Source: Squalus acanthias
Lineage: Eukaryota
Direction of reading: 5' to 3'
NCBI GenBank assembly: GCA_030390025.1
Contig: CM059431.1
Location: 149,732,001 to 149,796,000 of the forward strand
DNA length: 64,000 bases
In this document: positions 60,420 through 64,000 of the stretch, piece by piece
Layout: each line of letters opens with the position of its first letter
Position numbering within the stretch: position 1 is the stretch's first letter
Position numbers and translations under genes: made by a program
The notes under the pieces: model-generated
What the model was told of the DNA's origin: nothing
Database searches by the model: none
Seen by the model: the letters and a program-made list of their open reading frames with translations, nothing else

Positions 60420-61070
60420 GGTGAAGCTGTCAAGGCTGATAATACTTGCCCATTCCCAGTTACCCATGATAAAATGGTGGGCCTTCATCCTGAATTTCTG
60501 CAGTCTGTGTGGTGAAGGTGCTCCCACAATACTATTACGTATGGAATTTCTGGCTTTTGACCCAATGACGATGAATGAACGGCGATATATTTGAAGGGTA
60601 AAGCAGCATATTGGTTATGTTGCTCGACTAGTAAACCAGATGCCTGGACGAATAATCCTGAGTTCAAATCCCACTGCTAGGGAATTTAAATTATATTAAT
60701 AAAACAAATCTGGAATAAAAAGTTAGTGTCAGTAATGGTGACCATGAAACTACCGGATTGTCGGAAACAGCACATTTGATTCACTAATGTCCTTCAGGGA
60801 AGGGAAGCTGCTGTCGTACCCATTTTGGACGAAATGTGACTTCAAACCCACAGCAATGTGTTTGACATAACAACAGAAAACGCTGGAAAAACTCAGCAGG
60901 CCAGGGAGCATGTTTGACTATTGACGACACACTGAAATGTCCCAGCAAGCCACTCAGTTGTATGAGGCGGCTCATCAACACCTTCTCCAGGGCAATTAGT
61001 GATGGACAATAAATGCTGGCCTTGCCTGCGACGTCCATATTCCAAGAATGAATCAAACAATGATTTCTTA
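60420..61070. mobile_element. Short degraded SINE/LINE 3' fragments
   Basis: gagttcaaatcccac B-box-like head at ~60660; cttctccagggcaattag...aataaatgctggccttgcc LINE/SINE 3' end at ~60980-61030. Confidence 0.55.
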
Positions 61071-61109
61071 ATGATCATAATGATTTATAAAGATTTATAA
61101 TGTTGTAAC

Positions 61110-61640
61110 CAGAGCCGCCATCTTTGTTATGGGGCCCCAGAGCCGCCATCTTTGAGCGGGATGCCGGAGCCGCCATTTTTGAGCGGGATGCCGGAGACGC
61201 CATTTTTGTTAGGGGCGTCGGAGTAGCTGTCTTTGTGCGGTGCAACGGAGACGATATCTTTGTGCGGGGCACCGGAGGCGCAATTTTTGTGCGGCACGTT
61301 GTTTCCAACATTTTTGTGCGGGGCACTGGAATCGCCGTCATTGTTCGGGACCCCGGGAAGCCAGCATTGTGCGTGGTGCCGGGCAGCCATCTCTTTGCTG
61401 GGCGCCGGGGACGGCATCTTTGTGCTTCGCGCCGGGGCCGCTATCTTTGTGCTGGGCGCCGTAGCCGCCATCTTTGTGGGGAGCGCCAGGGCCGGCTTCT
61501 AGTGTGGGGCGCCGAGGCTACCATCTTGGTGACGAGCGCCAGGTCCGCCATCTTGTGCGCGACGCTGAGGCCAACATCTTTGTGCGGGGCACCGGGGCCG
61601 CCATCTTTGTGCGGGACGCCGGAGCCGCCATCTTTGTTAT
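61110..61640. repeat. GC/CpG-rich ~30-bp minisatellite GCCGCCATCTTTGTGCGGGGCACCGGA
   Basis: Visible tandem units, most with CGCCATCTT or a variant. Confidence 0.88.
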
Positions 61641-61730
61641 GTGAATTTCACCGCGGCGGGCGGCCCGGCCCGTGGAAAACGGCTCGCCACAATATTGGGA
61701 GCTCTCAGGCTGCAAAGTTTCCGCTTCACA

Positions 61731-62632
61731 TCATCCTTTAATGAATTTTACAATTAGAGTAAATGGATATTTCCCCACATTCTTCAACTGCTCTCTGAAG
61801 TTAGTCTGGGTGAAGGCATAAATCCCAGTGTTTGTGCAGCAACTCATCATCTGCAGCATCAATCCTATTTCCCTTACAAAATGCGGAAGAATTATAGACA
61901 CAGTCCACAAATACCTTATCCGGCTCAATATATAATACACCATAAACACTGTCCATAACAGGATGAAGTTGCCGGAGATTAGAAGCAGTAAAATGATGGA
62001 TTTCCTGCGGCTCTCCATCTCTGGGTCTCTGGGATTCTCCCCACTGCTGGGACCCCGGAGTCTCCTGCGGGCTCTGCTGGACACTAAAATGTGTCTGACG
62101 GTGAGAGCATTGAGCAGCAGAATCACAACAAATGAGACCCCTGGGGTGAGAATATAATGAAGGAACTCAATTGCTCCCCAGACCAGTGAAAACATAACAT
62201 CTATTGTTACACCACAAAACCAGGGGAGGTTCGTTAGCGAATATTGATCTGTGAACATAAAATACCAGAACATGTTCTTTAAACCGCTCAGCACAGTCAC
62301 TGTTCCCAGAACCACAGCCGCCGTTTTCTCGGTGCAATATTTAGTTTTCAGCTTCTGGCGGCAAATGGCCACAAATCGATCAAAGGTGAAAGTGACGGTG
62401 AACCAGACAGAACAGTCTGTGGCTGCATAAAGCAGGACGGCGTGGATATTACACACGGGGATGGACTCCACGAAACGAAACTGTTCACTAAAAACAATCG
62501 GAATCTGCCTCAATATCAGGTCCAGGATAACGACCAGTAGATCAGCCGCTGCCATGGCCACCAGGTAGCGAGAAACACATTTGGAGAGACCGCACTTTCC
62601 CCGAGACAAGATTACAATCGTCACTAAGTTCA
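61731..62632 (-). CDS. Main coding exon of a class A orphan GPCR (GPR139/GPR142-like family); first exon not found in window
   Basis: 300-codon open frame with TM1(part)-TM7, YLVAMAAADLL, FTFDRFVAIC, CCTNTGIY; pyrimidine tract plus AG acceptor (tatttcccttcctctcag) ending at 62633. Confidence 0.9.
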
Positions 62633-64000
62633 CTGAGAGGAAGGGAAATAAACAGGGAAATTATACATCAGGCTGCGAGCAAGAGCAGCAGTTTGATGGA
62701 AATCGGGCTGAAATCTGCGAATCAATAGCGACATTCAATGATATAATCTAATTCTATTACCCTTAGAGCTGAATGCAGGGTTTCCTGTAAGAGTAATCGG
62801 GAATACATTGTGGGATTAAGAAATGAAACGGGGATAAATACAACATGAAAGTATCAGATGTTTGATCAATGAGAGATTAAATGGTAGATCTATTTTTAGC
62901 CCCGCAGACAAAAACATCGCCCGACGTACCAGGGACACAAAGGACCAGAACATCTCAGGAAGCCTACGTGTCCCGGGATCAGTCAGCATTTGGAGCGGTG
63001 TAATTCGCTTCAGTGCCCCTGTGTTCGGGAGGGGCAAATCCCGCTTGGATTCCTGCTCCTGGTTACATTATCCATTTTATTTAGAACTGAAAGTGAATGC
63101 AACGGTAAAATACAGAAACTGTAATCTTGGTATGCAATAATTACAGGCAATTGGATTTAAACTGTACGGCGGTAATATGCAAGTACTACGATAATAAATA
63201 AAAGTGCACTGCAGTTATAAAGATAACTGAGAATTAAGAAGTGTTTGAAGAGTGAGCTTTCCATAGTTTTGTTGAAATACTCAAATTGTGGCTCATTAAA
63301 AGGAAGATTTTCCAAATAAAATTGCTGAGAATGGAATCTGAATTAAAATACATAGTTATGATTGACCAGGTAATATCCCACTCATTGCATTTATTAGCTT
63401 CATGATTATGCGACTCATCCCACAGGCAGCGAGCCGCCGAACGCTTTCGTAAAGTATCTGAAAACAAATGGAAGTTAAATATCCTCGAACTTTTTCACCT
63501 GTTTGTTTTCAACTTATGAAAGGATTTTCTTATCCTCGGTACTTCAGTTACAATCAGATGGGATTGTTTATCCTGCAGTACAGCAGGAGGCAATAGAGAA
63601 TCACTCTGGGTCTCACTGAGAGATCCATTGAACCGTGACAGACGGGCACGGGATCCAATTGTAAATTCAAAACAAATATTGGAAATAAACGCATTGAAAT
63701 ATGGCTGACGGAACGTTTTTTGAGAATTTTAATTATCCTTGTAATCCTATTGTAACCATCAGAAACAGTTTCAATAATGCAGATCTGGAGTTGGTGGGAA
63801 AGGAGACACTGACTGGAACTGAATGATTTGCGGATATTTCAGACATTTAAAAATGTGTTTGTGATCTGCCAGGATTTGTTCCTGTGACACTGTGTCAGTA
63901 ACCATGCCGAGCATTCACTGAAAACAATATCAAATTACTGTGGATGCTGAAAATCTGAAATAAGAACAGGAAATGTTTTAAATACTCAGCAGGTCAGGCA

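Noticed and set aside
61075..61741. Repetitive ORFs (205, 114, 88 aa)
   Set aside because: Translations of the 30-bp GC-rich minisatellite.
63234..63467. 77-aa minus-strand ORF as GPCR exon 1
   Set aside because: No TM1 N-terminal half and no in-phase splice donor identified.

Overview
Repeat-dense vertebrate genomic DNA, very probably from a cartilaginous fish (shark-type CR1 LINEs, a Deu-domain SINE and a GPR139/142-like GPCR exon; host identity is inferred). The highlight is a cluster of endogenous retroviruses. (1) A young, almost intact 12.7-kb provirus on the minus strand (39156-51891) has ~1.64-kb near-identical LTRs, a 4-bp TSD, an 18-nt tRNA-Arg PBS, gag joined to pol by an in-frame UGA-CUAG readthrough signal, a dual-RNase-H pol, and an intact env. 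That env resembles a paramyxo/pneumovirus-F-type (lokiretrovirus-like) fusion protein and appears to carry an immunoglobulin-like domain at its N-terminus. (2) A second, degraded, divergent member of the same lineage (1-10186) conserves the readthrough motif and the Ig-like domain. (3) A degraded, apparently env-less foamy-virus-like ERV (10187-18698) has its integrase interrupted by a solo LTR of a third related family and abuts a 5-kb 33-bp satellite. The rest is nested CR1/L2/RTE/Penelope/SINE/MITE debris, mini- and microsatellites, and one intact GPCR coding exon. All family assignments come from recalled motifs, not database searches; boundaries of old elements are approximate.
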